The notes under the pieces: model-generated
Databases searched by the model: none
What the model saw: the letters and a program-made list of their open reading frames with translations, nothing else
Told to the model about the DNA's origin: nothing
Translations under genes and position numbers: made by a program
NCBI GenBank assembly: GCA_963785725.1
Contig: CAWAWS010000017.1
Coordinates: forward strand, 1-64,000
Source of the DNA: an uncultured delta proteobacterium
GTDB taxonomy: Bacteria > Myxococcota_A > Polyangia > Palsa-1104
Direction: 5' to 3'
DNA length: 64,000 bases
Shown: one piece after another, positions 26,918 through 36,101 of the stretch
Position numbering within the stretch: position 1 is the stretch's first letter
Layout of the letters: each line of letters opens with the position of its first letter

Positions 26918-28375
26918 TCACTTGGGACATCCGCCCAGCATGTAGCGCGCGCCCCAAGAGCCCTGTTGCGTGCGGATCGCGTGGGCGCGGTCGGCGCCCA
27001 GCGCCGCCGACAGGGCGGTCTCGAACGCGTCGCCGGCATTCTGCTGCAGCCGTAAGTAGCGTTCGAACGCCGAGGCGCTCGTCGTGTCCGTCGCCGCCGG
27101 AATCAGCCCGGCGCGTTCGTGCGACAGCTTCCAGTAGGCCGCTTGCGTGACCGCTTCGGGCACCTTCAAGCGGATCTCGTTCATCATCGCTTCGGGCGTG
27201 AGCGTCTCGGCGCCACTTTGGTCGCCCGTCACCTCTAGGTACAAGGGTCGCACCTGCGCCACCATGTTCTGCGTGAACTCGGCGCTGACGCGATCGAATT
27301 CGCGGCGCTCGTCGTCACTGACGCCGGCTTCGAGCGCGATGTCGTCGTCCATCGTCGTCGCCGGCACGGTGATGGGTGGCATGTCCCATCGGACTTTGCA
27401 GTCCTTGGCCATCTCCAAGAGCTCGCTCTTCGCCGGCTTGATGAAGTCCTCGCCGTGCTTCCAGGCGGCGGGCATGTTGAAGGGGTCGGGCTTGAGCATC
27501 CGGTCGATCTCGGCATGCAGGCGCACGATCTCCGCGCGCTGCGCGGCGTCGCGCACGAGCAGCTGCTCGCGCGTCGCGCCGGCCGGCGGCGGCGGAAGAC
27601 GCGCCGCCATCGTCGCCAGGTCGCCGGCGAGTCGGGTTGGCGCGCTCGGCGCGTGGGCGCCGCTCGCCGCCAGCTCGCTCGGCGCGGATCGCCGCGCGAG
27701 CATGGCGCGCCCTTCATGAACGCTGACCAGCGCCGTCGTCGCGACCAGCGCACCGACGCCGGCCGCCACTGCAGTCTTGTTCGCCATGACAACCAGCCCC
27801 TTTATCGGTAACGGCAAATGTCGAGCGTGGGTCGCTCGTCCCAGCGTCGTCATCGGCACGAGCCAACCGGCTCGCCGATTCACGTGCAGTTGATCGAGCC
27901 GCGCGCGCAGTCGCTCGAGCCCTTGCTTCAAGCGCCAGCGCACCGTGCCGGCGGGAATCCCGGCGCGCCGCGCGATCTCGGACGGGGATAGGTCCTCGAA
28001 ATAGCAGAGCAGCACCGTCGTGCGATAGGGCTCCTCCAGCTCCGTCAAGAGGGTCGCCAGCTGCCGTTGCAGCTGGGCGCGTTCGACCAGCGCCTCCGGC
28101 GACGGTGCGCCGGCGCCGGTCTCGGAGCGCGCCTCGCGTCGCAGTCGACGTTCGCTGCGACGGCCCATCATGCGGGCGAGGTTGCGCGCCACGGTCGTCA
28201 GCCATTGGCGGCGCCGGTCGCCCGTCGCCGGCGGACGCTCGATCGCCGCGACGAGGGTCAGCTGCGCGAGGTCGTCGGCGTCGGCCGGCTCGCGAACGAG
28301 CGCAGCGGCGACGCGCCGCACCCAAGCCGCGTCAGCGATCAGCTCCTCCAGCGTCAGCTGCTCCGATTGGCCCAC
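26918..28375 (-). CDS. ECF-type sigma-70 factor with TM helix and C-terminal extension
   Basis: ADDLAQ, WLTTVARNLA (region 2); EIARRAGIPAGTVRWRLKQG (region 4); hydrophobic segment then a ~270-aa extension. Confidence 0.85.
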   Translation of the reverse strand: MGQSEQLTLEELIADAAWVRRVAAALVREPADADDLAQLTLVAAIERPPATGDRRRQWLTTVARNLARMMGRRSERRLRREARSETGAGAPSPEALVERAQLQRQLATLLTELEEPYRTTVLLCYFEDLSPSEIARRAGIPAGTVRWRLKQGLERLRARLDQLHVNRRAGWLVPMTTLGRATHARHLPLPIKGLVVMANKTAVAAGVGALVATTALVSVHEGRAMLARRSAPSELAASGAHAPSAPTRLAGDLATMAARLPPPPAGATREQLLVRDAAQRAEIVRLHAEIDRMLKPDPFNMPAAWKHGEDFIKPAKSELLEMAKDCKVRWDMPPITVPATTMDDDIALEAGVSDDERREFDRVSAEFTQNMVAQVRPLYLEVTGDQSGAETLTPEAMMNEIRLKVPEAVTQAAYWKLSHERAGLIPAATDTTSASAFERYLRLQQNAGDAFETALSAALGADRAHAIRTQQGSWGARYMLGGCPK

Positions 28376-28577
28376 CGGCTACAGAGTGCCGAGCCACCCC
28401 GCAGCGTTGGCAAAAAAAGAGACGCGCGGTCAGGTTCGACGACGTGGGCCGCGCGCCGAAGGCGAAGGCCGCCGCTACAGATCCACGTGACGACCGTTGC
28501 TTGGCCCAGGCGATGCTGTTACTGACGAATATGGAACCCAACGTAAACGCCCAGCGCGACGAGCATCGTAGCGGTCG

Positions 28578-28706
28578 TCAGTAGGCGCTCATGGTGTGCG
28601 CGAGCGTGACGACGAGCGCGGCGAACAAGGCCGCCATCGCGACGACGAATGTCGCGATCATCAGTACCGTTCGTCGCTCGTGGCCGGGCAAGTGTTCGAC
28701 CGCCAT
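28578..28706 (-). CDS. Small single-TM membrane protein (42 aa), absent from the ORF track
   Basis: GGAGG 6 nt before ATG; MAVEHLPGHERRTVLMIATFVVAMAALFAALVVTLAHTMSAY-stop. Confidence 0.6.
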   Translation of the reverse strand: MAVEHLPGHERRTVLMIATFVVAMAALFAALVVTLAHTMSAY

Positions 28707-28811
28707 GTGGCACCTCCGCTTCCCAACGAGGTGCATTCCGCCGGCCAGATGATTCGCGGCCGTTCATGGCGCGCGTTTTGCCTCACCCATCGTCAACGCA
28801 AAGGAGACGTC

Positions 28812-29078
28812 ATGCATATCATCGCCATGTTGATCATCGGGCTCATCGTCGGTGCGCTCGCCAAGCTGTTCATGCCCGGCCGCGACCCCGGCGGCATCAT
28901 CGTCACCAGCTTGCTCGGCATCGCCGGCTCGTTCGTCGCCGGCGCCATCGGTCGCGCGTTCGGCTGGTATCACTCCGGCATCAACGGCCCGGGCATCATC
29001 GCGTCCATCTTGGGCGCCATGCTGCTGCTCTTGATCTATCGCTTGGCCATCGGCCGTCGCCGCAGCATCTTCAGCTAG
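28812..29078 (+). CDS. GlsB/YeaQ/YmgE (transglycosylase-associated) membrane protein (88 aa)
   Basis: AAGGAG RBS; IIGLIVGALAKLFMPGRDPGGIIVTSLLGIAGSFVAG. Confidence 0.9.
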   Translation: MHIIAMLIIGLIVGALAKLFMPGRDPGGIIVTSLLGIAGSFVAGAIGRAFGWYHSGINGPGIIASILGAMLLLLIYRLAIGRRRSIFS

Positions 29079-29095
29079 GCCAACCGCGGCGGTTC

Positions 29096-30946
29096 TTAAT
29101 GATGTGAGAAGAAGTTGGCGACGCCGGTCGTCAGCGCCGGCACGTACGTGATGAAGAGGACGCCGAGCGCCATGATCACGAGGAACGGCAGCGCCTGCTT
29201 GTACAGATAAGGGAGCGGCTTGCCGAAGCGCGACGCCGACAAGAACAGGTTCAACCCCATCGGCGGAAACAAAAACCCGAGCTCCAAGTTGGCCAAGAAC
29301 ACGACGCCCAAGTGCACCGGCTCGACGTTGAAGATCGCGCCCAGCGGCGCCACCAGCGGCGCCAGCACGATGATGGCCGCGTAGATCTCGAACACGCTGC
29401 CGAGCACGAGCAGGATGCCGTTGAGCGCGAGCAAGAACGTCCATTGCGAGTGAATGTGCGCCTGCACCCAATCGACGAGCGCGTCGGGAATCTGCGCGTC
29501 GACGAGGTAGTTCGTCAGCCCATACGCCACGCCCATGAGGATGACGACGGCGCCGACGAGCGTCGCCGACTGCACGAGCACGACCGGCATCTCCTTGCGC
29601 GGGTCGACGTCGCGAAAGACGATGATCTCGATGAGCAGCGCGTACAAGGCGCCGACCGCCGCCGCTTCGACGATCGTGCCGAAGCCGGAGGCGATGAACG
29701 ACAGCACGACGAGCGGCAGGCCGAGATCGAACTTGGCCGCCCACAAAGCCCGGCCGGCCTCTTTGGCGACGAAGCTCTGCCGCGGCGCCTTGGCGGCGAT
29801 GCCGGTGCGAATGGCGTACAGCGCGACGACGATGATGAGGACGATGCCGGGCAAGAGGCCGCCCAAGTACAAGCTCTTGGCCGACACGCCCGCCTGTCCG
29901 CCGCCGCCGAGCACGGCGCTGTACAAGATCACCGGCAGCGACGGCGGAAACAGGAGGCCGAGTGAGCCGGCGGCGGTCACGAGGCCGATCGAGAAGCCCT
30001 CGGGATATTTGTCGTTGATGAGCGCCGGATACATGAGGCCGCCGAGCGCCAAGATGGTCACGCCCGAGCCGCCCGTCAGCGTCGTGAACAGCGCGCAGAC
30101 GCTGATGACCATGAGCGCCACGCCGCCGGGCAGCCAGCCGAACAGGCTCTTGTAGGCGCGCACGAGCCGCTGCGACGCGCCGCCCGCCGCCAAGACGTAG
30201 CCTGCGACCGTGAGCAGCGGAATCGCCGGCAAGGTCGAGTTCTCCATCAGCTGCAGCGTCGCCTGCGGCATCGAGGCGATGGGCGTGTCGTGCATGAAGA
30301 ACAGCGTCATGGCGATGGCGGCCATCGCCACGAAGACCGGCGCGCCGAGCGCGAACGCGGCCACGACGAGGATGATGCACGGCCAGCTCAGCCACAGCGG
30401 ATGCGCGCCGAACGCGACGAACAGCGCGACCGTGACGACGCACGCCAGCAGCGACGACGCGCGCCCGCGCCAGCCGCCCGGCGTATGCCAGATGAAGCGC
30501 CCGCAGATGAGCACGAACGCCACCGGCATGATGATCGACGCCCACCACGCCGGCACGCCGAAGGGCAGCTCATCGGTCGACACGCTGTTGGCGCGCACCG
30601 TGAGGAAGCTGGCGTAGGCCAACATCAGCGTCGTCGCCGACGAGATGGCGCCGCTCAAGTAGCCGGCGACCCGGCGCAGCGGATGATGCTCGGGCAGAAA
30701 CACCGTCGTCGCCAGCCCGAGGTGCTTGCCGTTGGCCGTGGCCACGACGGCGCCGAAGAAGCCGAGCCACACGCCGATGCGCTGCGTATACGGCCCCAAC
30801 CCCTTACGCAGGAAAATATCGAGGACCGGCACCAGCACCATCGCCACCGTCAGGACGACGATGATGCCGCGCATGAGCGCGTTGGTCGTGGCCGCCGAGC
30901 CGTGCGAGTCGGTGGGGCTGCTTTGCCCTGCTTCGAGATCGATCAT
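29096..30946 (-). CDS. TRAP transporter fused small and large permease (DctQM)
   Basis: Four N-terminal TMs, then DctM motifs AIPLLTVAGYVL, AGSLGLLFPPSLP, PPMGLNLF. Confidence 0.9.
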   Translation of the reverse strand: MIDLEAGQSSPTDSHGSAATTNALMRGIIVVLTVAMVLVPVLDIFLRKGLGPYTQRIGVWLGFFGAVVATANGKHLGLATTVFLPEHHPLRRVAGYLSGAISSATTLMLAYASFLTVRANSVSTDELPFGVPAWWASIIMPVAFVLICGRFIWHTPGGWRGRASSLLACVVTVALFVAFGAHPLWLSWPCIILVVAAFALGAPVFVAMAAIAMTLFFMHDTPIASMPQATLQLMENSTLPAIPLLTVAGYVLAAGGASQRLVRAYKSLFGWLPGGVALMVISVCALFTTLTGGSGVTILALGGLMYPALINDKYPEGFSIGLVTAAGSLGLLFPPSLPVILYSAVLGGGGQAGVSAKSLYLGGLLPGIVLIIVVALYAIRTGIAAKAPRQSFVAKEAGRALWAAKFDLGLPLVVLSFIASGFGTIVEAAAVGALYALLIEIIVFRDVDPRKEMPVVLVQSATLVGAVVILMGVAYGLTNYLVDAQIPDALVDWVQAHIHSQWTFLLALNGILLVLGSVFEIYAAIIVLAPLVAPLGAIFNVEPVHLGVVFLANLELGFLFPPMGLNLFLSASRFGKPLPYLYKQALPFLVIMALGVLFITYVPALTTGVANFFSHH

Positions 30947-30970
30947 ATGGGGGTCATCATCAATAGAGGG

Positions 30971-30998
30971 TTGACGGAGCGCCTGGCTCTCTTAGGAT
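30971..30998 (+). promoter_or_regulatory. Putative sigma70 promoter for the tatT-dctP operon
   Basis: TTGACG (30971-30976), 16-nt spacer, TAGGAT (30993-30998), 11 nt before ATG 31010. Confidence 0.55.
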
Positions 30999-31009
30999 GT
31001 GCACCTACC

Positions 31010-31915
31010 ATGCGACGTCTCACTTTAGCATGTGTCCTCGTCACGATGGTGACCGGCACGAGTGGCTGCCTGAAGCAGCTCGCCCTCGGCAGCGTCGCCA
31101 ACGCGCTGTCGGCGTCCGGCAACGGCTTCGGCCGCGACGACGATCCCGAGCTCATCGGCGACACCTTGCCCGTCATCATCAAGCTCATGGAGCAGCTGCA
31201 CGACAGCTTGCCCAAGCATCAAGAGCTGGCGGTGGCGCTGACGCGGGCCACGACGTCGTACGGCGTGGCGTTCTTGGCCGAAGACGCCGATCGCGTCGAG
31301 GAGAAGGACGTGCAGGCGGCGCACACAATTCGCCTGCGTGCCCGCCACATGTTGCTGCGCGCGCGCAAGTACGGCCTCGACGCGCTCGAAGTCTCCGTCC
31401 CCGGCTTGGGCGCGGCGATGCTGGCCAACGACCGCGACAAGCGCGCGGCGCTGCTCGCCAAGACCAAGAAGTCCGACGTGGCCGCGCTCTACTGGACGGC
31501 CGCCGCCTGGGGCTCGGCCATCGCGAACGGCAAAGAGGACCTCGAGCTCGTCGGTCAGCTGCCGCAGGTCAACGAGCTGGCCGCGCGCGCGCTCGCCTTG
31601 AACGAGAGCTTCGAAGCGGGCGCCATTCACGAGCTCTACATCAGCCTGGCGGCGGCGCAGAACGATCGCAAAGGCGCCAAGGAGCACTTCGAACGCGCTG
31701 TGCAACTTTCGCACGACCAGAAGCTGTCGCCTCTGGTGACCTACGCCGAGGCCATTTGTGTCGACACGCAAGACAAGAAGGAGTTTCAGCGCCTCCTGAA
31801 CAAGGTGTTAGCGTTCGACGTGAATTCCGATCCCGACCTGCGACTGGTCAACATCTTGTCGCAGCGCCGCGCGCGCTGGCTGATGTCGCGGATCGCTGAC
31901 CTGTTTGCCGAGTGA
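31010..31915 (+). CDS. TRAP transporter TatT (T component) lipoprotein (301 aa)
   Basis: Lipobox TSGC; DDDPELIGDTLP, LYWTAAAWG, AKEHFERAV, EFQRLLNKVLA, QRRARWL; lies next to dctP and dctQM. Confidence 0.85.
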   Translation: MRRLTLACVLVTMVTGTSGCLKQLALGSVANALSASGNGFGRDDDPELIGDTLPVIIKLMEQLHDSLPKHQELAVALTRATTSYGVAFLAEDADRVEEKDVQAAHTIRLRARHMLLRARKYGLDALEVSVPGLGAAMLANDRDKRAALLAKTKKSDVAALYWTAAAWGSAIANGKEDLELVGQLPQVNELAARALALNESFEAGAIHELYISLAAAQNDRKGAKEHFERAVQLSHDQKLSPLVTYAEAICVDTQDKKEFQRLLNKVLAFDVNSDPDLRLVNILSQRRARWLMSRIADLFAE

Positions 31916-31925
31916 GGGGCCCGAA

Positions 31926-32930
31926 ATGACGAAGCTGACGAAGCCGAGAACGTTGCTCGCAGTCGCAATGCTAATGCTGCTGCCGTCGCTGGCGCAGGCG
32001 GACGTGGTCATCAAGCTGGGGACGCTGGCGCCCAACGGCTCGCCTTGGCACACGATCCTCAAGGAGATGGGGCAGAAGTGGGAGCAGGCGTCGGGCGGTA
32101 AGGTCAAGCTGCGCATCTACCCCGGCGGCGTCCTCGGCAACGAAGGCGACATGGTCAAGAAGATCCGCATCGGCCAGCTGCAGGCGGCGGCGCTGACGAC
32201 GGTCGGCCTGCACGACATCTCGGCCGACGCGCAGGCCGTCGACGTGCCGATGATGATCGACTCCTGGAAGACGCTCGACTTCGTCATGGAGCGGATGGGC
32301 CCGAAGCTCGAGAAGACGATGGAGGGCAAAGGCTACGTCGTGCTCGGCTGGAGCGAGGTCGGCTTCGTGCGCTTCTTCTCGACCAAGAAGTACGCGACGC
32401 TGGCGGAGATGCAGTCGGCCAAGATGTTCTGCTGGGAAGGCGATCCGGCGTCGGCCGAGGCCTGGCGCGCGGGCGGCTTCCATCCGGTCATCGTCTCGTC
32501 GACCGACATCGTGCCGTCGCTGCAGACCGGACTCATCGACACGGTGGCGTTGGCGCCGCTGTACGCCTATTCGTCGCGCATCTTCGAGAAGGCCAAGTAC
32601 ATGCTCGACGTGCCGTGGGCGGTGTTGACGGGGGCGACGGTCGTGAAGAAGGAAGATTGGGACAAAGTGCCGGCCGATCTGCAGCCCAAGCTCATCGAGA
32701 TCACGCGCGAGTATTCGAAGAAGGTGGGCATGGAAGTGCGGCGCATGGACACCGAGGCGCTCGAGAACATGGTCAAGCAGGGCCTCGTGCAGGTGAAGAC
32801 GACGGACTTGGCGGCGTTCGATCGCGCGGCGCAGGCGTCGTACAAGGTCATTCGCGGCAAGGTCGTGCCGGCCGACGCGTTCGACGAAGTGAAGAAGCTC
32901 GTCGAAGAAGCGCACGCGGCCAAGAAGTAG
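31926..32930 (+). CDS. dctP: TRAP substrate-binding protein DctP (TatP type, 334 aa)
   Basis: Signal peptide; IKLGTLAPNGSPW, IYPGGVLGNEGDMVKKIRIGQL, LQTGLID. Confidence 0.9.
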   Translation: MTKLTKPRTLLAVAMLMLLPSLAQADVVIKLGTLAPNGSPWHTILKEMGQKWEQASGGKVKLRIYPGGVLGNEGDMVKKIRIGQLQAAALTTVGLHDISADAQAVDVPMMIDSWKTLDFVMERMGPKLEKTMEGKGYVVLGWSEVGFVRFFSTKKYATLAEMQSAKMFCWEGDPASAEAWRAGGFHPVIVSSTDIVPSLQTGLIDTVALAPLYAYSSRIFEKAKYMLDVPWAVLTGATVVKKEDWDKVPADLQPKLIEITREYSKKVGMEVRRMDTEALENMVKQGLVQVKTTDLAAFDRAAQASYKVIRGKVVPADAFDEVKKLVEEAHAAKK

Positions 32931-32933
32931 CCG

Positions 32934-34109
32934 ATGGCCATGGGGCGACCCGCGATCGCAGGTGTGTTGGCGTTCGCGGGCCTCGTCGCCACCCACGCGG
33001 CGGCTGAGCCGGCGAAGGCCGATCATCCGCTGACGCCGCTGCTAGAGGCGCAGGTCGTCGCGATGGCGCCGCTGGTCGCGCTCGCCGACGTCGCCTGTAT
33101 CGAGTCACAGCCCGACGGCACGATGAAGCAGGTGACGGTGTTGACGTGGATCGCCGCGCCGGCGCCGATCGTTCGCAACGTCATCGAAGCCTCCGAGCGC
33201 TACAAAGAGTTCGTCCCCAACCTGACGCAATCGACGCGCGAGCCTTTGCCCGACGGCGGCTGGCTGTCCGTTTGGCGCATGGAGCTGCCCGTCTCCAGCT
33301 TCGAGGGCAAGAGCCGCTTTCACCACGACGGCGACGCCATCTTGGTCCGCGGCGACGACGAGGCCAACTATCGCTACGAGATCGTCCCCGTCGCCGGCGG
33401 CACGATCTTGGCGCAGTACGGCTTCGTCGACGTCAAGCACGCCAGCGCCTTCGTGCGCGCGTTCGTCAAGCGGCAGCCGATGATGGAGCACGGCCTGGCG
33501 CTGTCGGCGCAGCTGATGTTCACGACGGCCATGCGCAGCGAGGCGCTCAAGCGCGCCGCGGCCGCCGGCGCGCCGACCATCGCGGCGCCGCGCGGGCCGT
33601 CGCCGTCGTTCGACGCGCTCTTGGCGCGCGGGCAAGTGGCGCTCATGCGCACGACCGCCGGCGGCGGCGCCGGCGACGTCAGCGTGCTCGAACGCATCTT
33701 CGCGCCCGAAGCGCGCGTGCACGACGTCGTCGTCAAAGCCGGGCAGTGGGCCGACTTCGTGCCCGGCGTCGACAAGAGCTACGCGCGCGCGGCCGGCGAA
33801 TACCAAGTGGAGATGTCGGTCCCGATCGTCAGCTGGGCGACGGCGTGGGCCTTGCGCGACGGGCCGCACGCCATCGACGGCGCGGGCGTGAGCGGCGACT
33901 TGAACGGCGCGCGCTTTCGCTGGGACCTGTCGTCGCGCGGCGAGAAGGAGACGCTCGCCGTCTACCGCGTGCGCCAGAAGCTCGACGCCGGCAGCCTCAT
34001 TCTGCGCAAATTATTCGCACATCAGCCGTCGCTCGAATACGGCATCAACGTCGCGCTCGGCCTCGTCTGGATGCACGCCATGCGCGGCCGCGCCGAAGGT
34101 TGGCGTTAG
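32934..34109 (+). CDS. Secreted tandem START/SRPBCC-like domain protein
   Basis: Signal peptide; two similar halves (IAAPAPIVRNVI...YKEFVPNL and IFAPEARVHDVV...WADFVPGV), each ending in a long helix. Confidence 0.65.
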   Translation: MAMGRPAIAGVLAFAGLVATHAAAEPAKADHPLTPLLEAQVVAMAPLVALADVACIESQPDGTMKQVTVLTWIAAPAPIVRNVIEASERYKEFVPNLTQSTREPLPDGGWLSVWRMELPVSSFEGKSRFHHDGDAILVRGDDEANYRYEIVPVAGGTILAQYGFVDVKHASAFVRAFVKRQPMMEHGLALSAQLMFTTAMRSEALKRAAAAGAPTIAAPRGPSPSFDALLARGQVALMRTTAGGGAGDVSVLERIFAPEARVHDVVVKAGQWADFVPGVDKSYARAAGEYQVEMSVPIVSWATAWALRDGPHAIDGAGVSGDLNGARFRWDLSSRGEKETLAVYRVRQKLDAGSLILRKLFAHQPSLEYGINVALGLVWMHAMRGRAEGWR

Positions 34110-34169
34110 CGCCGACCGACCGTGACTTAGATCGCGAGAACGGTCCGTCAACTGAGCTAATGTGACAGC

Positions 34170-35012
34170 ATGCGGAGCTCGTTTTTCCGCTCGCTGCAGT
34201 CGGCCGCCGCCACACACCGCGCGACGACGACGATCGTCCTGTCGCTGGTCGCGCATGTGCTCGTCATGCTGCTGCTCGTGTGGCGACGCGCGCCGCTGCC
34301 GGTGGCGACGGAAGTGACGCTGCTGAGCGCGCCTGCGCCGAGCCCGGACGAGGAGGGCGCGCCCGCAAGCGCCGGCGCGCCGGCGGAAACGGCGGCGGTG
34401 CCGGCGGCGCGCAGCCGTTCGCGCGCCGCGCACGGGCATCGCGCGCGCTCGCCGGCGCCGCTCGCGCCCGCGCCCGCCGTCAGCGCCGAGGCCGCGCCGG
34501 TCGCACCGGGGCCGCCGACGCCCACCGACGACGAGCAGGCGATCGGCGACGAGCAATCGGTGCCCGACCCGGCCGCGCCCGGCGACGATCGACCCGGCGA
34601 CGGCACGGGCGGCGTCGCCGGCCTCGGCAGCGGCAGCGGCGACGGCGGCAGCGGTCGCGGCGGCAACGGCCGCGGTAACGGCGTCGACCTCAGCCGGGCG
34701 CCCGATCTCGACCGTGAATCGTGCGTGCGCGGCCTCGACTACCCGTGGAAAGCGGCGCTGCTCGACAAAGAGGGCGTCGTGCTGCTGCGCGTGGCGCTCG
34801 ACGCCACCGGCCACGTGCGCCAAGTGCAAGTGCGCCGCAAGGCCGGCTACGGCTTCGACGAGGCCGCGACCGAGTCGGTGCGGCGACGCTGCCGCTTCAC
34901 CGCCGCGCTCGATCGGCACGGCAAGCCGACCGACTACGTCATCGAGGACTACCGCTTCTACTTCATCTACGCCGAGTTCGAGAAGGCGCACGAGAGCGCG
35001 TCGCTGCACTGA
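34170..35012 (+). CDS. TonB-family energy transducer
   Basis: TM helix with SxxxH (SLVAH), Pro/Ala/Gly linker, C-terminal YPWKAALLDKEGVVLLRVALDATG...GYGFDEAA. Confidence 0.85.
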   Translation: MRSSFFRSLQSAAATHRATTTIVLSLVAHVLVMLLLVWRRAPLPVATEVTLLSAPAPSPDEEGAPASAGAPAETAAVPAARSRSRAAHGHRARSPAPLAPAPAVSAEAAPVAPGPPTPTDDEQAIGDEQSVPDPAAPGDDRPGDGTGGVAGLGSGSGDGGSGRGGNGRGNGVDLSRAPDLDRESCVRGLDYPWKAALLDKEGVVLLRVALDATGHVRQVQVRRKAGYGFDEAATESVRRRCRFTAALDRHGKPTDYVIEDYRFYFIYAEFEKAHESASLH

Positions 35013-35129
35013 TCGCGCCGCGGCCGGCGCGGGCGAGGCGACGCTGCCGACGGCGGCCTGCGCATCGGTCGGGCTCGAGTGACCGCGACACTTGGTCCGC
35101 GTCCGACGCGCGCGTAGGCTTGGCCGCGC

Positions 35130-36101
35130 ATGGCGTTACGACCTTTCCCGCTCGACGGTGCGCTCCTCCTCTTCGATCGCGACAGCGGCACCAACGTGCG
35201 GCTCGACGGCGACGAGACGGCCGCCCTGCGCCTCGTCGCGCCGCGCGCCGTGCAGTTCGCCATCACCAACCGCTGCAACTTGGCTTGCTCGTTCTGCTCG
35301 CGCGACGTCGCCGCCGACAGCGCCTGGACGGCCGAGAGCGCCTTCGTCGTGCTCGCCGACCTCGCCCGCGCCGGCGTGCTCGAGGTCGCCTTCGGCGGCG
35401 GCGAGCCGTTTGCCTTCCGCGGCTTCGAGCAGCTCGTCGCGCGCCTGTACGACGAGACGCCGCTGGCCGTGCACGCCACGACCAACGGCCTGCTCCTCGA
35501 TCACGCGCGCCTTTCGCGCATCGCCGGCAAGCTGGGCGAGCTTCGCCTCTCGCTCTACGACGACAACGACTGGCGCCGCACGATCGCGCTGCTCGTCGAC
35601 GAGAAGGTGCGCTTCGGTGTCAACGTGCTGCTCTTGCCCGAACGACTGCCGCGCTTGGAGGCGCTGGTGCTCGAGCTGTTCGATCGCGGCTGTCGCGATG
35701 TCTTGCTGCTGTCCTACAACGGTCCCGATCGCGCGCAGCACCTGTCGGCCGCCGAAGCCGACGCGCTGGCGACGCGCGTGCGGCTCCTCCATCGCGCCCT
35801 CGGCCGGCGCGGTCGCCTCAGCCTCGACGTGTGCTGGGGCGACCGCATGGAGCGCGTGCCGCGTCACTTCGATCGCGACGACTGCGGCGCCGGCCGCGAC
35901 TTCATCGTGATCACCAGCGACAAGCGCATGATGCCGTGCAGCTTCCACCACGCGTCATTCCCGATTCGCGACGCCGCCGACGTCATGGCCCACTGGAACG
36001 GCCGCCGCGTCGAGCTGGCCGCGCCGTCGACGATCGCCGGCTGCGCGCGTCGCGCCGACTACGGCTTGACCGGGCTGGCCGTCGCCAAAGGAGCGTCATG
36101 A
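35130..36101 (+). CDS. Radical SAM enzyme with C-terminal Cys motif (Twitch/SPASM-like)
   Basis: CNLACSFC (CxxxCxxC), GGGEP, TTNG; C-terminal DVCWG, CGAG, PCSF, GCAR. Confidence 0.9.
   Translation: MALRPFPLDGALLLFDRDSGTNVRLDGDETAALRLVAPRAVQFAITNRCNLACSFCSRDVAADSAWTAESAFVVLADLARAGVLEVAFGGGEPFAFRGFEQLVARLYDETPLAVHATTNGLLLDHARLSRIAGKLGELRLSLYDDNDWRRTIALLVDEKVRFGVNVLLLPERLPRLEALVLELFDRGCRDVLLLSYNGPDRAQHLSAAEADALATRVRLLHRALGRRGRLSLDVCWGDRMERVPRHFDRDDCGAGRDFIVITSDKRMMPCSFHHASFPIRDAADVMAHWNGRRVELAAPSTIAGCARRADYGLTGLAVAKGAS

Noticed and set aside
28442..28488. REP-like element or small structured RNA (ACGTGG...CGCCGAAGGCG...CCACGT)
   Set aside because: Single copy in the window with imperfect pairing; cannot be distinguished from a chance GC hairpin.
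34721..36097. N-terminal 459 aa of the 775-aa ORF 34721..37048
   Set aside because: An off-frame overlap of the TonB and radical SAM genes; the real start is ATG 36098, which has an RBS.
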